From the NCBI GenBank assembly GCA_043228905.1, contig JBHGNT010000011.1, positions 11,532,001 to 11,596,000 on the forward strand: DNA of 64,000 nt, in the 5' to 3' direction. Numbering within the stretch: position 1 is the stretch's first letter; each line of letters begins with the position of its first letter. The position numbers and the translations under genes are program-made. The notes below the pieces were generated by a model. It was given only the letters and a program-made list of their open reading frames with translations. It did not search any database and was not told the origin of the DNA. Source of the DNA: Azolla caroliniana (taxonomy: Eukaryota > Plantae > Polypodiophyta). This document shows positions 50,211 to 61,844 of this stretch, in pieces.

Positions 50211-52961
50211 TCGGCTGGCGTAGTACACGGGCCTATACCAATTCGGGGGTGTGCATTGCATCAGGGCACTTCCGATGGCGATGTCCGAAGCATCTACGAA
50301 GACATGAAACGGTTCGGACCAAACCGGGGACTGGACTACCGGGGCATGTGACAACATTCGTTTCAGGGTCTGATAGGTCGTGTCCTCGATTGACGTCCTT
50401 TGGAAAGGAAGGCGATGGACTACCGCGTGTAAAGGTGTCGCGAAATCGGCCAGGTGTCGTATCATTCGGTTGTGCCACCGGATCTGTCCCAAAAAACGGC
50501 TTAGTGCCTTAGCGTTCGAGGGTGCGGTGGCATTCAGGATTGCCTTTACTTTATCCGGGTCCATAGCGATGCCTTCTTGACTGACAATGTGGCTGAGAAG
50601 GTTGCCGCTGGTGACTAAGAACACGGATTTCGCCGGGTTTAAACTCAATCGAGCTTGGCGATATTGGTCCAGGCAGAGTCGTAACTGGGTCATGTGTTCC
50701 CATCGATGGCCATACACGGCGAAATCGTCGAGAAAGACTTGCATGAACGCCGAGATGTAGTCATGAAAGATTTCGGTGATGATGCGTTGGAACGTAGTCG
50801 GCGCTGTTTTTAGACCGAACATCATAACTTCTGCTACAAAAACACCCCATTCCGTGGCGAAAGCGGTTTTCTCCTGATCCTCCGGGTGCATTCTTATCTG
50901 GTTATAGCCGTTGAACCCGTCGAGGAAACTGTAGCATTTGTGGCCGGCTACCGTGTCGAGGACGCTATCCGTGAATGGGAGAGGGAAACCTTCGGTGACT
51001 GTTGCCGCGTTAAGCTTCCGATAGTCGACGCAGATGCGGATTTTTCCGTTCTTCTTTGGGACCACTACGATCGGGCTCAACCATGTAGCCCGTTTAACAG
51101 GGCGAATGAAGCCCACTCGGAGTAGTTTGTCAATTTCCTCTTTGACTTTAGCGGCGTAGTTGGGGTTCATCCTATAGCGCCTCTGCTGAACCGGCCGAGT
51201 GTCGGGTAAGATATGAATTTGATGTTGGTAGTATTGAGGATCCAACCCCTTCATATCGGTGTAAGACCAAGCGAAAACATCTTGGTAGTCGGTGAGTAAT
51301 TTTACGAGGCATGCCCGTTCTCCGGTTGGTAGATTATTGGCAATTTGTAACGTACGTGGATTCTCGTCTGAACCGAGGTTTATTATTTCCAGGGTTGATG
51401 CTTTCACTCGTTGTGAAATGGCGAGTTCGCGTTCAAAAGCCTCCCGAGCATGACGTAGCTCGGCAACTGTGGTTGCATTTGGTTCCTCCTGGGGTGCTGA
51501 CTCCTCCGTGACTTCCTCGTCTTTAGATGGCTCGATGGTTGGTAAGGCATTGATTTCGAAGAGAGGGATGATCGTGGGATGATCATCTAGGAAGTCATCG
51601 ACCTCCTCATCGGCCAACCCGTCAAGCATATGGACCCCTTCCGCGTATAACGGCGAAGTGTTGAGGGCGACGGGGACTCGTTCTTCAGTGATGATGCGGA
51701 CTTTTGTCTTGCCTCTTCGGAACGAGATCATGTTGCGTTGCCAATGTTGCTTGATATTCGCTGTACGCAACCATGGTCGACCTAGTAACAGTGGGTAGGT
51801 GCCTTGTGTCTCCAGTCTCAGCACGACGGCCGAGATCGTGAACATGTGGCCTCCGAGTGTGAAGTCGAGATGGCGGATTAAACCAATGGGGCGAACGGAG
51901 CGTGTGTCGGCCATCCGAAGCCAAAAGGGGCATGGTTCCCATTGATTCAGGCCGAGGTTGAGACACGTTAACTCGCTAATAACGTTTACGCCGGATCCGC
52001 CGTCGATGATGCATCCGTGCAGGTCTTGTCCCTTAATGATGATTCGCACGGCTGGGTTCTGAGAATCCATGAGTGGTGGACCGGTTCCTGCTTTGGTGAG
52101 GTGTACCGGTGGCGTCACGGGCTTAGTATTGGCCTGGAGTGTCGCTAGGGTGTCCCGAAATCTCGGCATGAGTGGTAGCAGTTTATGTAGGGGCAGCGAG
52201 ATGCGGGATTTGGTAAGAACATCCCATAGCTGGTCGTCCTCCGACGATGTGGATGGTGCCGAGGTTTGTGGTACTTCACTGGGCCTGTCTCTCATGTCAG
52301 TTTGCATGCGTACGACATTATTTTTATTGGCCGTGTCGATCCATTCGTTTGCTGCCTGACGTACTTCATCCTGGATTTGCCACTGAGTAGTCTGCGCTTT
52401 ACTCCGGGTAGTGACCGTTTGAACATCGGCCATGATATTGTTCACCGTGGGTGCCTTGCCACGGTTGGTTGTCGGACATTGCGTGGCGTAGTGGCCTGGT
52501 TGATTACATTTAAAACATGTCACGTTGGCCGAGCTGCTGGTGTCCGCTCGGTCTGTGTGTGGAAGCTGTTGTTGTTGATTCTCGGTCTCGTTCAGTGGTG
52601 GGTTGTTCCGAGGTGCGTTGGAGTTGCGCTGGTCATTTTGAGGAGCGTCCTGTTGGCGGTTGTCATTAGGTCTTCTATTGTTGCATGTGTTGCGGTTGCC
52701 GTTTCGCCGATCAATGCGTGAGTTCCGTTGGTCATATCGGTCATCGCGATCGTCATCATATCGAGCATAATCGTCGTGCCGGTCATCGCGATAATGATCA
52801 CGACAGTCATCACGTCGGTAGTCGTCGTCTCGGCGTCGTCGATCCGGGGATCGTGGTCGGTCGTTATCCTGGTCTCGGTAGATATATCGCTCGTCCTGCC
52901 GAGAGTATGTATTTCGTGGCTCGATCTGGCGGACCGGTGCCGTCGTTGTGCGGTTCAGCAT
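50013..52961 (-). CDS. Gypsy gag C-terminus, protease, RT and truncated RNase H (open segment of a defective polyprotein)
   Basis: 982-aa ORF: CFKCNQPGHYATQC, IIDGGSGVN, ICVDYRKLN, FLDDF, VFVDASD, RPVYYASR, then out of frame. Confidence 0.9.
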   Translation of the reverse strand: MLNRTTTAPVRQIEPRNTYSRQDERYIYRDQDNDRPRSPDRRRRDDDYRRDDCRDHYRDDRHDDYARYDDDRDDRYDQRNSRIDRRNGNRNTCNNRRPNDNRQQDAPQNDQRNSNAPRNNPPLNETENQQQQLPHTDRADTSSSANVTCFKCNQPGHYATQCPTTNRGKAPTVNNIMADVQTVTTRSKAQTTQWQIQDEVRQAANEWIDTANKNNVVRMQTDMRDRPSEVPQTSAPSTSSEDDQLWDVLTKSRISLPLHKLLPLMPRFRDTLATLQANTKPVTPPVHLTKAGTGPPLMDSQNPAVRIIIKGQDLHGCIIDGGSGVNVISELTCLNLGLNQWEPCPFWLRMADTRSVRPIGLIRHLDFTLGGHMFTISAVVLRLETQGTYPLLLGRPWLRTANIKQHWQRNMISFRRGKTKVRIITEERVPVALNTSPLYAEGVHMLDGLADEEVDDFLDDHPTIIPLFEINALPTIEPSKDEEVTEESAPQEEPNATTVAELRHAREAFERELAISQRVKASTLEIINLGSDENPRTLQIANNLPTGERACLVKLLTDYQDVFAWSYTDMKGLDPQYYQHQIHILPDTRPVQQRRYRMNPNYAAKVKEEIDKLLRVGFIRPVKRATWLSPIVVVPKKNGKIRICVDYRKLNAATVTEGFPLPFTDSVLDTVAGHKCYSFLDGFNGYNQIRMHPEDQEKTAFATEWGVFVAEVMMFGLKTAPTTFQRIITEIFHDYISAFMQVFLDDFAVYGHRWEHMTQLRLCLDQYRQARLSLNPAKSVFLVTSGNLLSHIVSQEGIAMDPDKVKAILNATAPSNAKALSRFLGQIRWHNRMIRHLADFATPLHAVVHRLPFQRTSIEDTTYQTLKRMLSHAPVVQSPVWSEPFHVFVDASDIAIGSALMQCTPPNWYRPVYYASRNHPQPEPGIGILSLPRITAPNGSRLRHSEITRRHPRLNSCMSTSGAVTDAQSSSLVTKVGTSSII

Positions 52962-53780
52962 ATTATATTCGCACTGCTCGACCGTGTGAGCTCGAGACTG
53001 ATAGATCAGACATTGTGGTCAGTGGGGACATTCGAGGGCCAGGTGCCCTGATCCTGAACATGCCGTGCATTGGAGGGCTTGGCAAAAGCGATGTCCTCTT
53101 GGGGAAGAGCGTTGTGCAAGGATGTCATCGAGAAGGCCACGCCGTGCTGGTTCCGATCGAGGGCGAGAACGCGCGCTATGACTTGTTCGATAGTATGGTT
53201 GGCGAAATTTGTAAGTGCGAGATTCATTCGTAGAGGCTCTCGTAAACTGGATAGGAAAGTGTCTGGTATATGTTGTGCCGAGACATCATCGGCCACTTGT
53301 CTGTAGAGATCCTGGAACCGGATCGTGAACTCCGCGACCGTTTCGTGCGGTTCCTAGCATATAGAGAAGAATTGCCGGAGCAGTTCCCGTTTAGGCACCT
53401 CGCGATGAAAAAGTTCAAGGAACTTTGTGCGCACGATTTGGAAAGTGGTGGCCTCTCCTATTTCGAGGCGAGAGTACCATCGTGCGGCCGGTCCATCGAG
53501 GGAGAGTGTGAACTCGGCAATCTTTGAGGCATCGATTTCGGCCGGCGTGAGGCGGTGCGTGGAGTGGTTAGCCTGCCACGTGGATATGAAGGCACGGATG
53601 TGTGACTCCGCGTCTGGGTTCGTCGGTGTATCGTGGGTATGGGTACTGCATGATGTCATACTGTGGGTCTTCTGGTAGCACCGGAAAAGGGTTTAGTTCC
53701 GGTTGATTGACCTCCGGAGGGCTCGACGGGGGTTTTGGTGGTGAATCAACTCGCGATCGAGTGTCTGGTGGCGAGGATTG
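52962..53780 (-). pseudogene. Gypsy gag N-terminal part (frameshifted)
   Basis: DAESHIRAF..LSLDGPAARWY..FLELF, homologous to 7577-7800. Confidence 0.75.
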
Positions 53781-53974
53781 CACTAGACAAGCCTCCGATT
53801 GATCAGGAAAGGATTGGTCAGTGACCGCCGAGTCGGAAGTTCCTTCGACTGGCTCAGGGCGTCGAGCGGGTGGCCGAGACCTCGTGGTGCGAGAGGGCGC
53901 CGTAACGACGGCTGTTGGTTACCTTCAACGAAGTTCGTTGTGCACTCACAGCTGTAACTGAGCGTGCCAAATTG

Positions 53975-54432
53975 TGTTACCCGTTCCTTAGGGTGAACAC
54001 CTTCGATAGATCTGCGGCTATCGGTCTTCAAGGGCGTGGTACGTGAAGGCTCGTAACAGAGGCGTCGAGAGAGAGATATGGCTCAGAGAGAAAACACTAG
54101 TGAGGTCTTGATAGACATGGGCGGCGTTGAACTCATAGGTATGGATCAAAGCACGGACTCATGGAGCAAAATGGGCACAAATCAGATATATTACTATGAC
54201 AGAAAAGATTACAGAACACGGCCTATGGCCGGTGGCCTTACAAGTTTATCTAGTTACGAGGGACTAAGCTAGTGCTTCCGCCTATATTTTTCTTCTCTCC
54301 CTCTCTCTGAGGTACTGGTCCTCGTTTAAATAACTTTTCCCCTAATACACAGCCGAGCCGTCGGTGGCCCGTGATACTCGGACTCGGCGTTTGCTAATTT
54401 CCTAATTTTACATTTCTGTCCTCTGGACAACA
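53975..54432 (-). repeat. 5' LTR of nested gypsy; PBS-like TGGCACGCTCAGT on - strand at ~53957-53969
   Basis: Direct repeat of 45147-45604; TATTTAAA TATA-like box on the - strand. Confidence 0.95.
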
Positions 54433-56739
54433 GTACGTGCCGGACTTTGTGCAGGATTATTGTGTTGCCATTTGACAGTTGAATTGGTACTTCTCTAACT
54501 CCTGTTCTTCTGCACTCCTACCAATTGCCTAGTCGGACAGTGTCGTTGGCGCCATCCGAATAGTTTGAAAACCATTCGTTGTTTGAGGTCACATGGAATG
54601 TTGCACCAGAGTACAGTAGCCACGTGTGTGCATCTTGTGCATTGTAGAGGACTTCTCCGATCATTGAATCCTCTAAGGAGAGAATTTCTCTTGATCGGGT
54701 GTTGGCAATGTTGATTTGGTTGTTGACTGGAGAGTGGTCTGAGTCGGGTCGTCCTCTTGATTGTCCAGCAGTCGAAAACATTGTGGCCAGCTTTTCTACA
54801 ATGTGTGTAGAATTCACTTGATCGGCATGTCCTCGACATTGACCGCTATTGGTCTCCCCTCATCTTCGATCGACTCTGTCGGCTTCTTGTCTTGATGGAC
54901 TCAATCGGTCGACCGACTCGGTCGAGTGGTGGGCTTCTGCCGATTCGTCGATGGTGAGTCCCATTGATTTTCGCCAAATGTCCTCGGTGAGGACTTGGCC
55001 GATCGTCTCATGCAGATTTAGGATTGGTCGGCAATTGGTGTACGTCGTGCAGAATACCTCCCAACTCACCGGCAAGCTCGATAGGAACGCAAGAGCTTTG
55101 ACTTCTTCTTCGTAAGTTGATCCCTTGTGAGGAGAGTTCTAACAACACCCGATTGAAGATGTTGATGTGGGAGGTAGTTGGATCAGTCTCTCTCGTCTTC
55201 ATGTTGAAGAGTTGTTTGATCAAAATTAGTTTTGAAGATGAGGACTTTTCTCGTACACGGCTTGTAGCTTCTCCCATAATGAGAATGTGGTCATCTCCTT
55301 TGCTATATTGAAGTAGACGTTTTCGACCGGATGCATTCAGATGGTGGACCGTGTGATTTCGTCTATAGATCTCCATTCTTCGGTTGTCATCGAGGTAGGT
55401 TTTTCACTGTGTCGAATGGCTTCAACTTGTCTTCTGATTATCGGCACATCCTGCATCATCTCCTTCCATAGGGAAAAGTTTTTGCCATTGAATTTTCTGA
55501 TTTCGACTCTTGTTCCGGATGTTGAAGCCACGTTTCTTCTTTGAAAGTGAGATTTTAGTGACCTGGTCTTTTTCCTTTCAGCTTTTTCTGTTGTTTGTTG
55601 CTACCGAACCGCAAGTAGCTCTGATACCAATTGTTGTTCAAATGTACGCGGAAACGTATGTGTGTGTGAGAGAGAACCTATCGTATGTGTTCAACAAACT
55701 ACACAGAATGGAGGCAAGAAGATACAACAGAAGATAGACACGGTTTAAGCTTTAATGGAAGCTCTGTTATTGCATTCGTTCTCTATCTCTTCTCTCTCTC
55801 TGAGATCGCTATATTAGATGATGAAGAAGTTCTCCCTCTTTTACACCGTTAGGTTATTGCTTATATATTAAGCCCTAACTCTGTTGGACGAGTTCACACT
55901 AGGATACAAATTTGAAGGAGTCGGGCTTTTATGCCAACAGTTGTATGGTAAAAATCTGATGTATTTCTTGACAGGTTTGCTGAGTTGTAGTGTTGGCCAA
56001 AATATATTTGTAGAAATAGAAGCTTGAAAATAGCTATCGGTCGATGTTGTCGAAGTTCCAGATACATGAGGGATCACATATCAGGCCAAGTGTAATCATT
56101 GTCGATGGTGCCTCAATAAAATGGGCACTAAGAAAGGTTGTATTTTAAGAAGGCAATACTTATCTACTTTCTGAATTCGAGAAAGGGATGATAGCAAGTA
56201 TCAGCAAGTGGTCAAATTAGGGCAGTTGAAAATAAGGTAAACGTGAAAGAGATGAGAAGGACTACTGTGAATTTATATATATTCTCTCCTGTCAAAACAA
56301 GGCATTGCTTATTTATGCCCATTCACTTCATGACCTTTTTAACCCCGAAGTCCACTCTGAGACACACACTACATAATATGATCTCATGTGTCGTTTCCAT
56401 TTTGGTGTTTGTAACTTAGTTATTGTCAGAGAGATGATGATTCTTTGTTCAGCCTTGAAACCTTGCAGTGTGATCACATGGAATGTATTCATATGTGTCA
56501 AATCTGTTTCTTGGAAATGCCTTCCTTTTCCTCTTTCAATTTTTGTAAGCATTGTTCATTCTACATGGAGGTACCTACAACCATTTAGAACACTTAAAAC
56601 AAGAAAAAATCTGGGCTTAAAAGCCAGTTTCAGCTATACATTATTGCAGCCTCCAGGCTCATGGTGAATGTAGCTACATGTACCTGCTCATAGGTTTGCA
56701 TAAATAAATGTGAGCAAAATGCTGACACTACAATACTTA

Positions 56740-57050
56740 GAATCACTCAATGTAAAGATTATAAGTTTGAAATGGGATGTCTCTGAGTTGTGCACAATCA
56801 AAATAGAGAATGCATGAGAGATTACTTGAAGAAACTACCTTCCTGAAATTGGTTTCCACCAAAGAGCTTACTATTGCAGGCCATGCAGATGGTCTAAGGT
56901 GCCCATAACCTTGTTCATTTGGAAGAAATAGGCATTTCTTTGATGGGTCATGTGAAATATTTGAAGAACCAGAAATTTTTCTAAAACTTTGGCCTAGGAA
57001 AATTTGGTAGAAGAGTTGCATTAATTCTTTGTAGCACAATTGCTTTGGCA
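56740..57050. repeat. Dispersed repeat homologous to ~62270-62510
   Basis: Diverged nucleotide similarity: gaagaaactaccttcctgaaattggtttccaccaaagagcttactattgcaggccatgcagatggtc vs aaagaagctaacttcatgcagttggtgtcaatcaaagaccttactattttgggccatcccgatggtc. Confidence 0.6.
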
Positions 57051-58090
57051 TTTCAACATTATTTGGTAGCCTAAACTGATCTCCACCACAATATCATGAT
57101 CGAAATGGCCGATCTCTGAACCTTAGGCTTATGTCAATTGTGGTGACATTCGTTGGTAGTGTGGTTTATCTCTCTCATTTCATATATGTCCGTGGATCCG
57201 CATAGCCCCCCGTAGGATTTATGTGTTATTCACCCATCCCTATCTCTTGTATGCTAAAGTTGGTTATCGGACATAACTTCATTTACTTAGTTCGAGGATG
57301 GGACAGAGCATGTCCCATTTTATATTTATCAATAAATTTTTGGTTCCCTGCATTCATGGTACTTCCTAAGGTCACAAAAACAATGAGTCGGTCCCCATAT
57401 ATACACTCGGCTTTTTCTCGTATGTTGTTGGCAAGCAAAAGAAACGTTAGTGGACCTATGACGCATCGCTCTTAGGTCTTAGCTAGATAGACAATATTGG
57501 CACTAGTGCCATCCACACGACCCGAGGATTCAGTTTGTCCCTTGCGACCAAGCAGTTGGGCAAGGAAAAGAACAAGAAAACTAGAGGGAAAGAGAGGTTG
57601 GGGGAAGAAAGATTAGATTAAATTAGATATTTTTTAGCGTCCATATACAGGCCAATATTGACACATCGAACCTAAGTACACAAATTTTCTTGATGTGTAC
57701 CTCCTTCCTTCCTAAGAAGGGATATTCATACTTCCAAGCACAAAGTCTTGATGTGTGAATAAGGCATATACATATGAGCTCAACAATGAACTTGGGTGTA
57801 TTCGCGATCTTGGCAAATGAGCCAGCACTTCATCTTCCAATTAATGCACGCATTGCAAAAGGTACAACTATAGAAAGGAGAGAAAGAATTCCCAAAGCCG
57901 ACCTTCACTTTGGTTGTTGTATCATTCATCATTTCCCTTACAAAGGAGACTCGTTCATGTATTCTTCTTTCTAGTTCAACGATGCTTTACTATTATCTTT
58001 TGGTTGATGATATTGTTGATGATGCTAATCTAGAGGGTGGCCCATCTAGTTATTGCATGAAATATTATGTGTGCTCAATTATGTGTATTG

Positions 58091-58729
58091 TGTTGAGAGT
58101 CTTGTCCCACCGAATAAGATGGAGAGCCAACCGGATCGGCTGAAGCCGATAAGGGGATGATAGCCAGCTTGTTCGAATTGAAATTCGGATATTGCGCAAG
58201 GAGTTGGATCGTCAGGAGCCAACGAAACACTGATTAGGGAGAGATAAGCTGAATCAGTAAATAGCAAACCCGACCAAGGCCGACAATCGACCGATAACCA
58301 ACTTGGCTAATAGCCAAATCGGGGCTATATTTGTAAATATTCATAATGCACCTATTGTGGGCTATATTTGTAAATAGTCATATATGTATATGGGTATAAC
58401 TATAGCTAGAGCAAAAAGGGATAGTAGAAGACGTGAGATTATCAGTTGGTAAATATATTATGTATGTATAAAGTTGATTAAAAGTGTAATTGTTGCGGCC
58501 GTATGTAAGACGAAGTCGAGCTCAAGGTCGTTGCCTTAGAGTTTCTTGTACTCCATTCATATAATGAATCTGTTTGGAGTCTGTGGGCTCCCGTGGTTTT
58601 TCCCTTTCCAGGTTTCCACGATAATATCTTGTCTCGTTGTCTGTACCTTGTCTGTTAATCTTGTGTTGTTTTGGCTATTGTCTTCTCGCATTTGTGCTTG
58701 TGAACCGGTTGTGGCCGGCCTCATTTACA
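58091..58729 (+). mobile_element. Probable solo LTR (copia-type)
   Basis: Starts TGTTGAGAGT..CCCAC, has a TATA-rich middle and a U5-like gtggtttttccc..ggtttccacg, ends TTTACA. No clean TSD seen. Confidence 0.45.
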
Positions 58730-60060
58730 TTGTACAAAGGCGGAGCACTTACTCTTGGTCGATAATGAACACAAGAACAAGTGCATTTTGGCAAGGTAAA
58801 GTTCAACGAACTTGTTTGTTTGTATGTTTGTTGGCAGAAAGTCTACGGGTTACTCAACAACATAGAGCAAGCTTGTTGCGGAAAGAATTGAATGTTGGAA
58901 TTTCAAATTCAAAAAATTCAAAAGGATCATGCAAGAGGCAATATCATCTTCTACCCATAATATGCGCATCCAACAAAGTAGAGGAACAATGTTCCTTTTA
59001 CTTTAAAGCAACCAACAATCTTGATGAGTCACTAGCAATAAGATGCTTTGCACTTTTCTTTCCATTTTAACACAACATTCTTTGAAATTGGAAATGGCAC
59101 TTTTCCTTGCATGCCTTCCAAAAAGCAAAACCACCTAACGAGTATTTTAAACAAGCAACATGATGAACCGGTTCATCAAGCAGGTTCTTCATGAAGATGA
59201 AAAGTACTTCATTAGAATGTCACCATCTCATTGATAACAACATGAACGATGACGAATTGACAACATGAAAGTCATGTTAGTTTCCCATTGTTCACAACAT
59301 GTAATGTGGGGGCAGAGTTTGGACCACAGTCTTCAAGTCATGAGCTTGACGAGTTGGCCATTTACTCCACCCTGCAAGCAAGCTTGAATAATAATTTAAT
59401 AAATTATTTGAAGTCCCTCATCCCCAAGCATAGAATATTTGTTTACTTGTCTATTTGTCGAGACACTCAATAAGGATGGTTAATGTTGATTGCACATTGC
59501 ATGTTCCAATATATATAGGATTATATTATATATATATATATAATATGCTCCAATATTATGAGTTTGGTCACATTGGATTTGTGTCCCTACTTTGTGTTGC
59601 ACTCTTACCTCTTCATGCATCTCCCTTCCCTTGAGATTCTTAAGTTTTTTGTTACTCTAATCATAAGCTTTGCAAAGGGAATTTTTACCTTCCAAGTACT
59701 TGGCAAGAATGAGCTTTTGCTTTTTTTCCATCATGTGCCCTAGCCAAATTCATCTTGTTTGCCAAGTCTGTGCACACCATAAATATTGAATTTAATGTGT
59801 AGTAATGTTTATTTCTTTGAAAGCCCATGGATAAGAATGCTCAAGGTTACCATTCGTTCAATGCTTCTTAAATTCTTATGGGCCAACATCAAAACTCACA
59901 TTATAGGAACTTACTATTGCGTTGCATGCACTAGGCCATAACTTGATTGTTTTTTACTTTAAGTAATGCTTTATATTACTAGTGGGAAACCTCAAGACAA
60001 AGTCAACCCCCATAAAAACAAAGAGCTATGCTCCGAAGCATGAAAATTTTACATCATCGT

Positions 60061-60246
60061 CAAGGCTTAATAGAAGAAATAGCACGCACATAAGACGCTC
60101 GTGTCAAAGTGCTTGAAACTGAATTCATTGAAAGCTAGTTAATGGGAAACCATGTCAAGGTTTAATAGAAATATCATGCACATAAGACGACCATGTCAAA
60201 GTGCTTGAAACTGAATTCATTGAAAGTAGGTTAATGGGAAACCATG
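60061..60246 (+). repeat. Two-copy tandem repeat (~93 bp)
   Basis: caagg.ttaatagaa...gtcaaagtgcttgaaactgaattcattgaaag...ttaatgggaaaccatgt occurs twice. Confidence 0.85.
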
Positions 60247-60773
60247 TGGCTGACAGATATCCATGTAGTTCATAATCCCCAAAAATATGGATGCACAATG
60301 AGGCAGCTTTGGGAATGTGATGATATCCATAAATACTTACCAAAATAGGCTTCTATGAAACAATAAGAGAGGTGTTGCCGTAATGGGAAAATAGCAGATG
60401 TGTAATCATCAAACTTATTGTGATAATATCAATTTACCGTAAGATAGAAACACGTGAGAAAATATTATGAGCCGCGAGTGATGGTTTCTAGTTTCCATCT
60501 TATTTTACAATGGCAACTCAATGATGTTACATCAACCTACTATACTCAACTTGCTTTTAAGCGTAGAAGAAAGCTTTGTTTCAATACATCTATAATGATG
60601 AATGAGTACATATGTTTAATACCCCCCCAGAATCGGCACAGAAGATTAACAGGCATCAAGAGATTCGATGCCAAAAACAAATAGATCTAATAATAGTCAC
60701 AATGAATCTGTTGAAAAATCTACCTGTACAATTACAAGCTCACATGTCTTTACTCTATACATTTGTAAGGATT

Positions 60774-61844
60774 TTATATGTATTTTGAAACAAGCTGGAC
60801 AGACATCCAAAACGCATTTGAAGCAGCTTCAACAACCACAGGATTATTGTATAAGCTGAAAAAATAACGTCAACAATCAGACATTTACTAAATGACATTA
60901 GGAGGAAACATACGAAGTTACTGGAGTATTTACCACAGACAGTATTCTTTTACAACTACCCCCTTACTTGAAATTTTACAACTACAGACAGTATTCTTTT
61001 ATTTAATGCAATTCCCCAGAATTTTCACTACTTCCCAAAATGCACTATAACCTAAAATTGTTACGGGTATTTTGGCTTTACTATAACATAAAAAAACAAA
61101 AACAACAGGTACTATGAAACTAACCTCATTGCAGTGGCTCCCCAAGATGCTGCAGTATAAAACAATTTGCTTCTGCTCCATAACCTCTGAAGCTTACCTT
61201 TCTTTGGGTTATCAAAAGCCTTCTTCAGAGCTGTAAATAACCCAAAATTAGTCGCTATAACTTCAACTCATCAATTGCTAAAAAAATTATAATGGTCCTT
61301 TTTTGTTCATTGCTTCATACCTGTCTGTAACTGCTTCGGAGACATCTCCTGGTGAAATTAACACGAGCATATGAATTCAGAATTTTCCTGTTTTTCCCTG
61401 AACATGGGTAACTTATATTAAATATCATATAAATTGGATACCTTTGCTTGAGGCAGAGAAGACACGTATTTAGCCATGAAACAAGCCATCCCATCAATAA
61501 TATCTTCTTGGTTTACCACAATATAATTTTCTGACTCCAATGAATTCCGTGAATCATCAATGTCAACACTCACCAAATCGTCTGAATTTATAACATCCCA
61601 GGAGCTATGATCATCTGACATTAATGCAACTTTTCTGTATCAATCCTTAATATAACTATGACACACAAGAATTAAAACAACTGCTACATTATTTCAAGCC
61701 ACTACAATGAGATTATAGGATTTTCTAAAAAAAGACTAACAATAGAATTTTCTGACCTTCAGTTTGAGGTAGAGTTTTGGTACAAGGCTCGAGCTTCTTG
61801 AGAAAATCAGGTGAGGTGACTCTAGCCTCCAATTTGCTATACAT
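60774..61844 (-). CDS. 3' exons of a conserved uncharacterised plant protein (5' exons not identified, probably outside window)
   Basis: Exons ~61757-61844, 61442-61629, 61321-61348, 61125-61230 and 60774-60855 with GT-AG sites splice in frame to ...SSWDVI..NYIVVNQEDIIDGMACFMAKYVSSLPQAKEMSPKQLQTALKKAFDNPKKGKLQRLWSRSKLFYTAASWGATAMSLYNNPVVVEAASNAFW..*, a motif set recalled from a land-plant family of unknown function. Confidence 0.8.

Larger units (their letters stand above)
45147..54432 (-). mobile_element. Complete-ended Ty3/gypsy LTR retrotransposon nested in copia; extra coiled-coil ORF; RNase H-integrase deletion
   Basis: LTRs 45147-45604 and 53975-54432 (458 bp, TG..CA, ~14 substitutions by eye); 5-bp TSD GTACG (45142-45146 and 54433-54437); gag-PR-RT-RH-INT order. 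Confidence 0.97.
42268..55939 (-). mobile_element. Ty1/copia LTR retrotransposon, degenerate; host of the nested gypsy; 3' LTR almost entirely deleted
   Basis: 5' LTR 55632-55939; PBS TGGTATCAGAGC at 55618-55629; only tgttgttcaaatgt of the other LTR remains at 42268; TSD GTTGT at 42263-42267 and 55940-55944. Gag FNGKNFSLWK, WHGRLGHMS, YKARLVAKGF, MSTTEAEYIA. Confidence 0.9.

Noticed and set aside
58546-59070. 174-aa ORF
   Set aside because: Crosses a probable solo-LTR boundary and has no protein-like features
59161-59178. 18-bp perfect palindrome tgatgaaccggttcatca
   Set aside because: Isolated, with no associated structure; no function can be supported
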